Numbered from the stretch's first letter, positions 1-8,855 are shown. The stretch: DNA of 64,000 bases from Bacillota bacterium (GCA_029961055.1 JASBVM010000005.1:65487-129486); one strand, 5' to 3'. Program-made: numbers and translations. Notes: a model not told the origin generated them from the sequence alone.

Positions 1-309
1 CAGCCACGCGAAGGGATGGGAGCTGAAGAGCGGGGCGAGCCCCGCCAGCAGCCCCCCCAGGCCGAAAAGGCCCAGGGCGGGGACGATCACCGCCTTGCGG
101 CCGATCTGATCCGAGAAGTACCCTCCGAACGGGATGACCAGCCCGGCGGTGACGGAGAAGGCGGTGATCAGAAGGCCGGCCTGGAAGGCGCTCAGATGGG
201 CGCCGCGCTGGATCGACGGCAGGACCGGGATCAGGAGCGAGTTGGAGAGGACCATGCAGAAGGGGACCGAGACCAGCGCCAGGAGGGCGCCCACGGTAGG
301 AGAGCGCAC
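1..309 (-). CDS. MFS transporter (YitG-like), N-terminal part; runs off the window edge
   Basis: Not in the ORF track; translated by hand: GTG at 309, MRSPTVGALLALVSVPFCMVLSNSLLIPVLP...GYFSDQIGRKAVIVP (MFS motif A, GxxxDxxGRK). SD GGAGG on minus at 318-322. Confidence 0.85.
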   Translation of the reverse strand, partial: MRSPTVGALLALVSVPFCMVLSNSLLIPVLPSIQRGAHLSAFQAGLLITAFSVTAGLVIPFGGYFSDQIGRKAVIVPALGLFGLGGLLAGLAPLFSSHPFAWL

Positions 310-314
310 GCAGG

Positions 315-1166
315 ATGCCTCCGTTTCCGGGAAGAGTCGCGACGACGGTGGCTAGTCTCCCCGGAAGCCGTCGACCCGATGCCCGCGGGCGGGCGCGCGA
401 GCGCCGGCTGCTCTGGATCGGCATCGTGTCGGTGCTGGCGGCGATTCTCGCCTACGAGCTCCTGCAGTGGCCGGGGCTGCGCGTGCAGAGGGTCGAGGTG
501 ACAGGACTCCGCCAGCTGACCGCCGAGGAAGTCGTGCGGGAGGCGGGTCTCCGCTACCAGCTCCCGATCTGGCAGGTCCGCCCGGGCGAGATGGTCGCCC
601 GGCTCGAGCGCGATCCCCGGGTAGAGGGAGCGAACGTCCAGCTCCTCTGGCCGGACGGGCTGCGCATCGCCGTCGTCGAACGGCAGCCGGTGGCGGCCGT
701 CGCGGCCCAGGACGGGAGCAGCTGGTGGGTCGACCGCTACGGCGTCCCCTTCCTGAAGCGGCCCGACCACCCGGGCCTGCCGCTGATCCGGCTGGGACGA
801 CCGGCTGCGGTCCGCCCGGGGCGCCCGCTGGGTCCCGCCGCAGCCCGGCCGGTGGCGCTGGCCGCGCTCCTGGCTGGCGCCCGGCCGCCCCTCACGGCTG
901 TCGACGTCCATGCCGACGGCAGCCTCACCCTCTGGCTTCAGCCGGCCGCCCGGCCCGGCGCCGCCCCGGCGCGGCGGATCCCGGTCTGGGTGGGGCCGGA
1001 ACCGGCCGCACGAGAGGTGGCGGAGGAGCTGCTCGGGGTGCTGGCCGAGGGCGCGAAGAGGGGGCTGGAGCCACTCTACGTCGACCTGCGGGCACCGGGG
1101 CGGCCGGCCGTGGCCTGGCCGCCCCGGGAGCCCCCGGGCTCCTCCGGGGCCAGCGGCGGCGGGTAA
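315..1166 (+). CDS. ftsQ: Cell division protein FtsQ/DivIB
   Basis: Single N-terminal TM (LLWIGIVSVLAAILAY), POTRA-like VEVTGLRQLTAEEV...LWPDGLRIAVVER, C-terminal YVDLR; directly upstream of ftsZ. Start uncertain (ATG 315 or GTG 348). Confidence 0.85.
   Translation: MPPFPGRVATTVASLPGSRRPDARGRARERRLLWIGIVSVLAAILAYELLQWPGLRVQRVEVTGLRQLTAEEVVREAGLRYQLPIWQVRPGEMVARLERDPRVEGANVQLLWPDGLRIAVVERQPVAAVAAQDGSSWWVDRYGVPFLKRPDHPGLPLIRLGRPAAVRPGRPLGPAAARPVALAALLAGARPPLTAVDVHADGSLTLWLQPAARPGAAPARRIPVWVGPEPAAREVAEELLGVLAEGAKRGLEPLYVDLRAPGRPAVAWPPREPPGSSGASGGG
353..382 (-). promoter_or_regulatory. SigmaF/sigmaG-type promoter for the MFS gene
   Basis: Minus strand GCATC-15 nt-GGGGAGACTA versus consensus GYATA-15-GGnnAnAnTA. 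Confidence 0.5.
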
Positions 1167-1171
1167 AGCCG

Positions 1172-1193
1172 GGGCGAATCAGGTCGAATCAGG
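1172..1193 (+). promoter_or_regulatory. Tandem direct repeat CGAATCAGG (10-bp period), 0A-box-like
   Basis: CGAATCAGG at 1175-1183 and 1185-1193; GGGCGAA and GGTCGAA each differ from the Spo0A box TGNCGAA at one position. Confidence 0.4.
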
Positions 1194-1212
1194 GAAGTGA
1201 AGCGGTGGCACG

Positions 1213-1239
1213 GCAGGGTTTGCAAAGGGGCTAGCGAAG
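1213..1239 (+). promoter_or_regulatory. SigmaH-like promoter for ftsZ
   Basis: GCAGGGTTT-11 nt-AGCGAAG versus RNAGGAWWW-11/12-RNNGAAT; B. subtilis ftsAZ has a sigmaH promoter. Confidence 0.4.
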
Positions 1240-1306
1240 GACAGGCAGAAGACCGGGGGCATGCCTGACTTCCTGGGGAACAGGTACCCGGGAGGAGCGG
1301 AAGAAA

Positions 1307-2368
1307 TTGTTAGAGCTAGAGCCTTCTGCATACAGTTATGCGGTCATCAAGGTGGTCGGTGTCGGCGGCGGCGGCAGCAACGCCGTCAATCGCATGATCC
1401 GGGCGAACCTGCACGGGGTCGACTTCATCGCCGTCAACACCGACGCGCAAGCGCTCGGGCTCTCGGATGCCACCGAAAAGATCCAGATCGGCCAGAAGCT
1501 GACCAAGGGGCTGGGGGCGGGCGCCAACCCCGAGGTGGGCAAGCGTGCGGCGGAGGAGTCGCGCGACCAGATCGCCGAGGTGCTCAAGGGGGCGGACATG
1601 GTCTTCATCACCGCCGGTATGGGCGGCGGGACGGGTACCGGTGCTTCGCCCGTGATCGCCTCCATCGCCAAGGAGCTGGGTGCGCTGACGGTGGGTGTGG
1701 TCACCCGGCCCTTCTCGTTCGAGGGAAAGCCGCGGGCCCAGGCGGCGGAGGCAGGCACGCGCGCGCTGCGCGATCAGGTGGACACCCTGATCGTCATCCC
1801 CAACGACCGGCTCTTGCAGGTGGTGGACAAGAAGACCTCCATGGTGGACGCCTTCCGGGTGGCCGACGACGTGCTGCGGCAGGGAGTGCAGGGGATCTCC
1901 GACCTGATCACGGTACCCGGCCTGATCAACCTGGATTTCGCGGACGTGCGCACCGTGATGACCGAGACCGGTTCGGCGCTGATGGGGATCGGCGTGGCCT
2001 CGGGCGAGAACCGGGCGGCGGAGGCGGCGCGGACGGCCATCTCCAGCCCGCTGCTGGAGACCTCCATCGAGGGCGCCCGGGGGGTGCTGCTCAACATCAC
2101 GGGCGACGCCAACCTGGCGCTCTTCGAGGTGAACGAGGCGGCCGCCATCATCCAGCAGGCGGTCGATCCCGAGGCCAACATCATCTTCGGCGCGGTGATC
2201 GACGAGTCGCTCCGGGACGAGATCCGGGTGACGGTGATCGCCACCGGCTTCGACGCCAGCCGGCCCAAGCCCGAGGCGCCGCTGGAGGAGCTGGAGATCA
2301 AGCCCTTCGCCCGTTCGGACGATCTGGACATCCCCGCCTTCCTGCGGCGGAGGGGCCAGGCGCGCTAG
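1307..2368 (+). CDS. ftsZ: Cell division GTPase FtsZ
   Basis: [17 protein letters not shown], tubulin signature [16 protein letters not shown]-terminal [13 protein letters not shown] start after GGAGGAG. Confidence 0.99.
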   Translation: MLELEPSAYSYAVIKVVGVGGGGSNAVNRMIRANLHGVDFIAVNTDAQALGLSDATEKIQIGQKLTKGLGAGANPEVGKRAAEESRDQIAEVLKGADMVFITAGMGGGTGTGASPVIASIAKELGALTVGVVTRPFSFEGKPRAQAAEAGTRALRDQVDTLIVIPNDRLLQVVDKKTSMVDAFRVADDVLRQGVQGISDLITVPGLINLDFADVRTVMTETGSALMGIGVASGENRAAEAARTAISSPLLETSIEGARGVLLNITGDANLALFEVNEAAAIIQQAVDPEANIIFGAVIDESLRDEIRVTVIATGFDASRPKPEAPLEELEIKPFARSDDLDIPAFLRRRGQAR

Positions 2369-2437
2369 GGAGCCGAAGGCGGCCTGCCGAGGGCGATCGA
2401 AGATGGGCAGGCGGCGGGGAGACTCCGGGGCCCCGGG

Positions 2438-2471
2438 GCGACAGCGGTCGCGCCGGGGCCTTCGCTATCCT
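2438..2471 (+). promoter_or_regulatory. spoIIG-type sigmaA promoter with long spacer
   Basis: GCGACA-22 nt-TATCCT; the B. subtilis spoIIG promoter has an unusually long 22-bp spacer and needs Spo0A. Confidence 0.35.
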
Positions 2472-2536
2472 GGGTCGGGCCCGGTGGCATCGGTGCGCGG
2501 GCGCCGGCATAGGGATCGAATGTTCCGGAGGGGCCC

Positions 2537-3391
2537 ATGGTCGTCTACCTGGACGTCTACTGGCTGGTCAACGCCGCCGTCGACGCCGTCCTCCTCCTGG
2601 TCTCCGGCCGGCTGGCGGGTCTCCGGCCGCGCGCCGGGCGGGTGCTGGCCGCCGCCGCCGTGGGCGCGACGCTGGCGACGGCAGGCGAGGTGCTCCCCCT
2701 GCTGAGCAAGCTGCGGCTGCCCTGGCTGGCGGTCGTCTCGCTGCTCATGCTGCCCGTCGCCCACGGGTGGCACGGACCGGCGGCGCTTGCGCGGCAGGCG
2801 GGCTACCTTTACGCCGCCGGCGCCGTCGTGGCGGGCGTGGCCCTGGCCCTTCCGGTCTCCCCCGCCGCGGGCGGCTGGAGCTGGCTGCTCCTGCTGGTCG
2901 CCCTGGCCGTCGGGGGCCTGGCCATGGAACGGCTCACCCGCAGCGGGCGCCGGCAGTGGGCGCTCCAGGCCTGGGACTGCCAGCTGCTGCTGAGCGAGGG
3001 TGAGCGCACCCTGGTCCTGGAGGCGCTGATCGACTCCGGCGACACCCTGGTGGAGCCGCTCAGCGGCCTGCCCGCCGCCCTGGTCTGGGCGGGCGCCCTG
3101 GAACCGCTCCTGGGCGAGGAGGGGCGCCATTTCTTCCTCTTCTGGCGGCAGGGCGTGGAACCGCCCCGATCCCTGGAGTCGGCGCTGCGCTGGGTCCCCT
3201 ATCAGGGACCGACCGAGAAGGGGCTTCTGCCGGCCTGGCGCCCGCAGCGAACGGAGATCCGGATGGGAGGGGAGCGGATCGAGGCGGAACTGGTGGTGGC
3301 GGTGGCGCCCGCACCACCGGCCCCGGGCCGCGGTGTGCTGGCGCTGGTGCCCGCGGCGGCGTTGGCGGCCGGGAGGAGGCTGATGCGGTGA
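2537..3391 (+). CDS. spoIIGA: Pro-sigmaE processing aspartic protease SpoIIGA
   Basis: N-terminus [12 protein letters not shown], five hydrophobic segments, catalytic [17 protein letters not shown]; between ftsZ and sigE. Confidence 0.93.
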   Translation: MVVYLDVYWLVNAAVDAVLLLVSGRLAGLRPRAGRVLAAAAVGATLATAGEVLPLLSKLRLPWLAVVSLLMLPVAHGWHGPAALARQAGYLYAAGAVVAGVALALPVSPAAGGWSWLLLLVALAVGGLAMERLTRSGRRQWALQAWDCQLLLSEGERTLVLEALIDSGDTLVEPLSGLPAALVWAGALEPLLGEEGRHFFLFWRQGVEPPRSLESALRWVPYQGPTEKGLLPAWRPQRTEIRMGGERIEAELVVAVAPAPPAPGRGVLALVPAAALAAGRRLMR

Positions 3392-4134
3392 GGCTCTGGC
3401 AACAGGCAACACTGGCATGGCGGTCATGGACGGCCCGCTGGGCGGTCCGATGGGCCCGCCTCTGGGGCGCCCTGGGCGGCGGCGAGGCGCTGGGCTACCT
3501 CAACGGGAGCGAGAGTCTGCCCCCGCCTCTCACCCGCGACGAGGAAGCGGAGCTGATCCGGCGCCTGGAGCGGGGCGACGACTCGGCGCGGACGCCGCTC
3601 ATCGAGCGGAACCTGCGCCTGGTCGTCTACATCGCGCGCAAGTTCGACAACACCGGGGTGGGCGTCGAGGACCTGGTCTCCATCGGCAGCATCGGATTGA
3701 TCAAAGCTGTTCGCAGCTTCGACCCGAGCAAGCGGATCAAGCTGGCGACGTACGCCTCCAAGTGCATCGAGAACGAGATCCTCATGTATCTGCGCCGGAA
3801 CGCGAAGACGCGGAGCGAGGTCTCCTTCGACCAGCCTCTCAACGTCGACTGGGACGGCAACGAGCTCCTGCTGGCGGACGTGCACGGCACCGATCAGGAC
3901 ATGATCTACCAGAGCGTCGAAGAAGAGGTGGACCGGGCCCTCCTCCGCCGCGCCCTCTCCCGGCTCAACGGGCGCGAGCGGAAGATCATCGAGCTCCGCT
4001 TCGGGCTGCGCGACGGTGTGGAGTACACGCAGAAACAGGTGGCCGACCTGCTGGGAATCTCGCAATCTTACATTTCGCGCCTGGAGAAGCGGATCATGCG
4101 GCGCCTGCGCAAGGAGATCCTGGCCATGGAGTAG
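3388..4134 (+). CDS. sigE: Pro-sigmaE, mother-cell sporulation sigma factor
   Basis: Pro-sequence then [70 protein letters not shown] overlaps the spoIIGA stop. Confidence 0.98.
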   Translation: MRLWQQATLAWRSWTARWAVRWARLWGALGGGEALGYLNGSESLPPPLTRDEEAELIRRLERGDDSARTPLIERNLRLVVYIARKFDNTGVGVEDLVSIGSIGLIKAVRSFDPSKRIKLATYASKCIENEILMYLRRNAKTRSEVSFDQPLNVDWDGNELLLADVHGTDQDMIYQSVEEEVDRALLRRALSRLNGRERKIIELRFGLRDGVEYTQKQVADLLGISQSYISRLEKRIMRRLRKEILAME

Positions 4135-4167
4135 CGCCGCACCCAGCCGGGCTCGGGGCTCCCTGGG

Positions 4168-4206
4168 AGAAGCCGGCCTGCGGACCACGCGGGCCGGCTT
4201 CTTTTG
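4168..4206 (+). terminator. Intrinsic terminator after sigE
   Basis: 15-bp stem AGAAGCCGGCCTGCG / CGCGGGCCGGCTTCT with loop GACCA, running into a T-tract. Confidence 0.8.
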
Positions 4207-4211
4207 TGCAC

Positions 4212-4240
4212 GTATAAAACGCAAGAATCTCGTACAAGCT
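4212..4240 (+). promoter_or_regulatory. SigmaF/sigmaG-type promoter of sigG(-spoIIR)
   Basis: GTATA at 4212, A-rich spacer, GTACAAGCT 15 nt later; the only AT-rich island nearby. Confidence 0.55.
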
Positions 4241-4325
4241 CCGGCTTGGATCGGGTGATCGATCGCCTCGACGCCGGGCGCTTCCTTCCGGTCGCGGGGG
4301 AAGCGCCCGCCTGGGGGGCCGGACC

Positions 4326-5096
4326 TTGGCGAACAAAGTGGAGATCTGTGGCGTCAACACTTCGGAACTGACGGTGCTCACCAACGAGCAGATGCGCCAG
4401 CTCTTCCAGCGCATGCAGCAGGGCGACCGGAAGGCTCGCTCCGAGCTGGTCCAGGGCAACCTGCGCCTCGTGCTGAGCGTCATCCAGCGGTTCAACAACC
4501 GGGGCGAGCCGGTGGACGACCTCTTCCAGGTCGGCTGCATCGGCCTGATGAAAGCTATCGACAACTTCGACCTCTCGCAGAATGTACGCTTCTCCACCTA
4601 TGCCGTTCCCATGATCATCGGCGAGATCCGGCGCTACCTGCGTGACAACAACACGATCCGGGTCAGCCGCTCCCTGCGGGACGTGGCGTACACCGCCATG
4701 CAGGTGCGTGACCGGCTCACCCACCAGAACGGGCGCGAGCCTTCCATCGACGAGATCGCCCGGGAACTGGGCGTGGCCGCCGACGAGGTGGCGCTGGCCC
4801 TGGAGGCGATCCAGGAGCCCATCTCGCTCTTCGAGCCCATCTACGACGACGGCGGCGACCCCATCTTCGTCATGGACCAGGTGAGCGACGAGAGCCAGTC
4901 GGATGCGCGCTGGCTGGAGAGCCTGGCCCTGCGCGAGGCGATGGAGAAGCTGGGCCGCCGCGAGCGGCAGATCCTCAACCTCCGTTTCTTCGCCGGCAAG
5001 ACCCAGATGGAGGTGGCCGAGGAGATCGGCATCTCCCAGGCCCAGGTCTCCCGCCTGGAGAAGGCGGCGCTCCTCCAGATGCGGCGCCACCTCTGA
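4326..5096 (+). CDS. sigG: Forespore sigma factor SigG
   Basis: NKVEICGVNTS, GNLRLVLSVIQRF, DDLFQVGCIGLMKAIDNFD, YAVPMIIGEIRRYLRDN, GKTQMEVAEEIGISQAQVSRLEK; TTG start. Confidence 0.99.
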   Translation: MANKVEICGVNTSELTVLTNEQMRQLFQRMQQGDRKARSELVQGNLRLVLSVIQRFNNRGEPVDDLFQVGCIGLMKAIDNFDLSQNVRFSTYAVPMIIGEIRRYLRDNNTIRVSRSLRDVAYTAMQVRDRLTHQNGREPSIDEIARELGVAADEVALALEAIQEPISLFEPIYDDGGDPIFVMDQVSDESQSDARWLESLALREAMEKLGRRERQILNLRFFAGKTQMEVAEEIGISQAQVSRLEKAALLQMRRHL

Positions 5097-5139
5097 CGGC
5101 GGCCCCATCATCCCTCGAGAAGGCGGTGTGGACGGAACC

Positions 5140-6024
5140 ATGAGCCGTGCGCGCACTCTCTGGCGACAGGTCGACGGGCGGCCGAGCGGCCGGCCGCCGG
5201 CGCGGCAGCTCCTGCCGGCCCTGGCGCTGCTGGTGGCGACGGGCCTCCTCCTGGGGGGCCCGCTGCGCGGCGCCGCGGCCGGCAGCGCGCTGGTGGCCTC
5301 GCGGGGCGGTCCCGAAGGGCTCGTCCAGCTTCACTTCCTGGCGGCCAGCGACCGCCCGGCGGACCAGCGCGACAAGGAGCGGGTGGTGCGCGCCCTCCTC
5401 CCGGTGATCGTCCGCGACCTGTCGCATCCCTCGCTGCCCGCGGGGCCGGGGGAGGCGGAGAGGGTGCTCGAGCGCGCCCGCCAGCGGCGCACCGCCTGGG
5501 CCGCGCTGGCGGAGAGGGTGCTCCGGCGGGCGGGGTCGGGACAGCGGGTGGAGGTGGCGGTGGGCTACTTCCGCTACCCGGCCAAGCGGACCGGCTCGCT
5601 CTGGCTGCCCGCCGCGGTCTATCCGGCGGTGGAGGTCCGCCTGGGCCCCGCCCGGGGCCACAACTGGTGGTGCCTGCTCTTTCCCCAGCTCTGCCTTCCC
5701 CTGGCCAGCGGCCAGGTCCGGCAGCCGGTCCCGGGCCACGCCGGCCGGGGCGAGGGGAAGGACACCCGGCCGGCGGCGCCGCCCTCCACCGCCACGGAAG
5801 CGGCCTTCGCGCCCGCCGATCCCTGGCCTGGAGCGGCCGATCCCGCCGGCTCCGGAGAGGTCCTGACCGAGTACGCCTTCCGCCTCGACGAGGGCACCCC
5901 CCGCCTCAGCCGCCAGGACTCGGCACCCCGCTTCCGGCTGGCGCTCCTGGACTGGTTCCATGCGCTGGAACCCCGGGTGGCCTCCGGCTTCGAAAGGGCG
6001 CGCCTCCTCCTCGCGGAGCCGTGA
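5140..6024 (+). CDS. spoIIR: Stage II sporulation protein R
   Basis: Signal/TM segment, QLHFLAASDRPADQRDK, YPAKRTG..LPAAVY, GHNWWCLLFPQLC; ATG at 5140 within track ORF 4903..6024. Confidence 0.9.
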   Translation: MSRARTLWRQVDGRPSGRPPARQLLPALALLVATGLLLGGPLRGAAAGSALVASRGGPEGLVQLHFLAASDRPADQRDKERVVRALLPVIVRDLSHPSLPAGPGEAERVLERARQRRTAWAALAERVLRRAGSGQRVEVAVGYFRYPAKRTGSLWLPAAVYPAVEVRLGPARGHNWWCLLFPQLCLPLASGQVRQPVPGHAGRGEGKDTRPAAPPSTATEAAFAPADPWPGAADPAGSGEVLTEYAFRLDEGTPRLSRQDSAPRFRLALLDWFHALEPRVASGFERARLLLAEP

Positions 6025-6085
6025 CCGGCCGCTCCGCGCCTCCGCACGCACCTCGCGGGCGAGGTTCGAGAGGGCCGAGCTCCCG

Positions 6086-6093
6086 CATAGGGT
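6086..6093 (+). promoter_or_regulatory. SigmaE/sigmaK-type -10 element before ylmC
   Basis: CATAGGGT matches CATAnnnT; no convincing -35. Confidence 0.3.
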
Positions 6094-6111
6094 TCACCGG
6101 GAGGGTGACCT

Positions 6112-6453
6112 GTGCGCCTGCGTACCTCGGACATGCGGGAGCGGGACGTCATCGACGTCCTGACCGGGCGGCGTCTCGGCAACATCGAAGACCTGGACAT
6201 CGACGTGGAGGCAGGGCGCGTCCGAGCGCTCATCCTGCCGGGCGAGCGGCGACTCCTCGGCCTCTTCGGCGGCGGGAAGGAGATCCGCATCCCCTGGACG
6301 GCGGTCCAGGTGATCGGCGAGGACGTCATCCTGGTCCGCAGCGAGCAGCTGGCGGCGGGCGAGGGAAGGAAGGAGGGGCCCTGGGCCGGCGCCGAAGAGG
6401 AGACGCGTCCGGGAGGTGAACCCCATGGGCGTGGAGGCTTTCCCCATTCCTGA
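6112..6453 (+). CDS. ylmC: YlmC/YmxH family sporulation PRC-barrel protein
   Basis: MRLRTSDMRERDVIDVLTGRRLGNIEDLDID...IPWTAVQVIGEDVILV; position after sigG. Confidence 0.93.
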   Translation: MRLRTSDMRERDVIDVLTGRRLGNIEDLDIDVEAGRVRALILPGERRLLGLFGGGKEIRIPWTAVQVIGEDVILVRSEQLAAGEGRKEGPWAGAEEETRPGGEPHGRGGFPHS

Positions 6454-7312
6454 GCGGTCCCTCCCTCCCCTCCCGCGGGGGTTCGAATGGCAGGCGGGCG
6501 GAGGAGGGGTGCTCCTGCTGCGCGCCAGCGCCTTGGAGGCGGAGGGGGCGACGGCCGCCTTCTCCACCCGGTTGGGCGGGGTGAGCGGCGGGCCGTACGC
6601 CTCGCTCAACCTGGGCCGGTCCAGCGGCGACCGCCCGGAAGCGGTGGAGGAGAACCGGCGACGCTGGCTGGCCGCGCTGGGCGGAGGCTGGCGTCCCTCC
6701 TGGCTCTGGCAGGTCCACGGCCGGCGCGTGGTGGAGGCGGCGGAGACGGACGGCGCGGCCGCCGGGCTTCCGCAGGCGGACGCTCAGTGGAGCGGCCGGA
6801 GAGGACTCCTCCTCTCCATCCAGGTGGCCGACTGCGTCCCCGTCCTGGTGGCCATGCCCTCGGCCGCGGGTCTCCTGGTGGGCGCAGCCCACGCCGGCTG
6901 GAGGGGGACGGCCGCCCGGGTGGCGACCGCCCTGGTGGCGAGGCTGCGCGAGGCAGGCGGGCTGCCGGAGGAAGGACTCGCCGCCATCGGCCCCTCCATC
7001 GGTCCCTGCTGCTACGAGGTGGGGGAGGAGGTCTTCGACGCCCTCGAGGCAGCCTACCCGGGGGCGCCGCTCCGCGTCCCGGCGGCGGGACGGGACCACG
7101 CCGACCTGTGGGAGGCCAACCGCCGCGCCCTGGTCGAGGCGGGTCTGCGCGAGGAAGCGGTCCACGTGGCGGGCCTCTGCACACGCTGCCACCCGGAGCT
7201 CTTCTATTCCTACCGGGGCGAGGGGAGGACCGGGCGGATGGTGGCGGCCATCGGCCTCCGCCCAGGAGGCGGGGGAGACGGGGGGAAGGGGGCGGAGTCA
7301 CGCGGTTCTTAG
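6425..7312 (+). CDS. pgeF: Peptidoglycan editing factor PgeF (YlmD/YfiH)
   Basis: FSTRLGGVS..PYASLNL, QVHG, ADCVPV, HAGWRG, GPSIGPCCYEV, CTRC, FYSYR; ATG 6425 after GGAGGTG. Confidence 0.95.
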   Translation: MGVEAFPIPERSLPPLPRGFEWQAGGGGVLLLRASALEAEGATAAFSTRLGGVSGGPYASLNLGRSSGDRPEAVEENRRRWLAALGGGWRPSWLWQVHGRRVVEAAETDGAAAGLPQADAQWSGRRGLLLSIQVADCVPVLVAMPSAAGLLVGAAHAGWRGTAARVATALVARLREAGGLPEEGLAAIGPSIGPCCYEVGEEVFDALEAAYPGAPLRVPAAGRDHADLWEANRRALVEAGLREEAVHVAGLCTRCHPELFYSYRGEGRTGRMVAAIGLRPGGGGDGGKGAESRGS

Positions 7313-7401
7313 CAGGCGACCGCCCACGGGTCTAGAATACGCTGGTGAGCTCGGCCGAGCCGGCGCAAGGCGGTGGTGAGCGGCCGGCGGAGGTGAGGCG
7401 C

Positions 7402-7869
7402 ATGGCCTGGTGGGCGCGCATCCTCGACTTCATGGGCTTCGAGGTGGGCGAGGAGGCGGCTGCCGAGGAGGAGACGACGCTCGCCGCCGGTGCCAGGGTA
7501 CCGGAGACGAGGCCCGAGCCGCGGCGCGTCGCGGTGGACGGTCGGACCGCGGCCAAGCGGGGTGGAAGGCAGGGAGCGCTGGTGACCCTTCCTCTGAGCG
7601 AGTCGCGCCTTTCGCGCCTGGGTGTCTTCCGGCCCAAGGTCTTCGACGACGTGCAGTCGATCGCCGACGAGCTGAAGAGCGGGCGGGCGTGCGTGGTCAA
7701 CCTGGAGGCGAGCGATCCGGACGCTTCGCGGCGGATCCTCAACTTCCTCAGCGGTATCGTCTACGCGGTGGAAGGCGAGATCTTTCGCATCGGTCCCACG
7801 GTCTTCCTGGTCACCCCCGCCAGCGTGGAAGTGGTGGGGCAGGCCGAACCTTGGGTGCCGGAGCGGTAG
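7402..7869 (+). CDS. sepF: Cell division protein SepF
   Basis: Amphipathic N-terminus MAWWARILDFMGF; FDDVQSIADELK, VVNLE, RRILNFLSGIVYAVEG, FLVTP. ATG 7402 after GGAGGTG; TAGAAT -10 at 7333-7338. Confidence 0.95.
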   Translation: MAWWARILDFMGFEVGEEAAAEEETTLAAGARVPETRPEPRRVAVDGRTAAKRGGRQGALVTLPLSESRLSRLGVFRPKVFDDVQSIADELKSGRACVVNLEASDPDASRRILNFLSGIVYAVEGEIFRIGPTVFLVTPASVEVVGQAEPWVPER

Positions 7870-7912
7870 GGCGCGCGCCGGGCTCGCTTGACCGGCGCCG
7901 CCCGGGAGAGGG

Positions 7913-8221
7913 GTGGCTGCGGTTCTTCTGGTCCTGGAGGTCCTGAACCGGACCGTCAACCTGTTCATCACCGTGCTCTGGGTGCTCATCCTGGTGAGAG
8001 CGCTCCTGAGCTGGTTCGAGCCGCCGGGCTATCGCTCGTGGTTCTACCAGCTGCAGCGCATCGTCTACCTGCTGACGGAGCCGGTCCTGGCGCCGGTGCG
8101 GAGCTGGATGCGGCCCGTGGGCATCTTCGACCTGTCGCCGCTGGTCGTCCTCTTCGCTCTCTTCCTGGTCCAGCAGGTGGTCTGGCCGGCGCTGATGGGT
8201 GTGCTCCTGCGCATTTTCTAA
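7913..8221 (+). CDS. ylmG: YggT/YlmG family membrane protein
   Basis: LVRALLSWF...LTEPVLAPVR...FDLSPLV; between sepF and divIVA. Confidence 0.92.
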   Translation: MAAVLLVLEVLNRTVNLFITVLWVLILVRALLSWFEPPGYRSWFYQLQRIVYLLTEPVLAPVRSWMRPVGIFDLSPLVVLFALFLVQQVVWPALMGVLLRIF

Positions 8222-8293
8222 AGATGGACGGTGGGGGCGACCGGCCTAAGCCGAGCCGGGGGCCGGGCCGATAGGAGGAGGGGGTGACCGGAG

Positions 8294-8848
8294 ATGCCAC
8301 TCACTCCGCTCGATATCCACAACAAGGAGTTCGACCGCGCCTTCCGCGGCTACAACATCGACCAGGTGGACGAGTTCCTGGACGAGATCAACCGGGACTA
8401 CGAGGCGGCTCTCCGCGAGGCGACCATGCTGCGGGAGCAGGTGGCCCGCCTCAACGGCCGGATCAAGCAGTACGAGGAGATCGAGGAGACGCTCCGGAAC
8501 ACGCTGGTGATGGCGCAGAAGACGACGGAGGAGATGCGGGAGAGCGCGCGCCGCGAGGCCGAGAACATCATCCGCGAGGCGGAGCAGGAGGCGCGCGAGC
8601 GCATCCGCAAGGCGGACGAGGAGGTGGCCAGGCGGCGCCGGCAGCTGGAGGAGCTGGATCACGAGGTGGAGGCCTTCCGCGCCCGGGTGCGGAGTCTCCT
8701 GGAGAGCCAGCTGGCCATCGTCAACAGCCAGTGGGGCCACCCGGGTCAGCGGGGTGAGCCGTGGACCGTGACCGGTGAGGAGCCGGCCCGAAGCGAGGCC
8801 GCAGCCACCTCGCCGGTTGTTGACAAGCGAGAGAGCGGCTCACTATAG
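8294..8848 (+). CDS. divIVA: DivIVA
   Basis: MPLTPLDIHNKEF..AFRGYNIDQVDEFLD followed by coiled coil. Confidence 0.98.
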   Translation: MPLTPLDIHNKEFDRAFRGYNIDQVDEFLDEINRDYEAALREATMLREQVARLNGRIKQYEEIEETLRNTLVMAQKTTEEMRESARREAENIIREAEQEARERIRKADEEVARRRRQLEELDHEVEAFRARVRSLLESQLAIVNSQWGHPGQRGEPWTVTGEEPARSEAAATSPVVDKRESGSL

Positions 8849-8849
8849 T
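8820..8849 (+). promoter_or_regulatory. SigmaA promoter for ileS inside the 3' end of divIVA
   Basis: TTGACA (8820-8825)-18 nt-TATAGT (8844-8849). Confidence 0.7.
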
Positions 8850-8855
8850 GACGCC

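Noticed and set aside
1206..1223. TGGCACG...TTGC, sigma54-like, upstream of ftsZ
   Set aside because: Spacing is 3 nt too long for the strict -24/-12 geometry.
2487..2516. GCATCGG-14 nt-CATAGGGAT, sigmaE-like promoter before spoIIGA (autoregulation?)
   Set aside because: The conserved terminal T is displaced by one base and the -35 is weak; too speculative.
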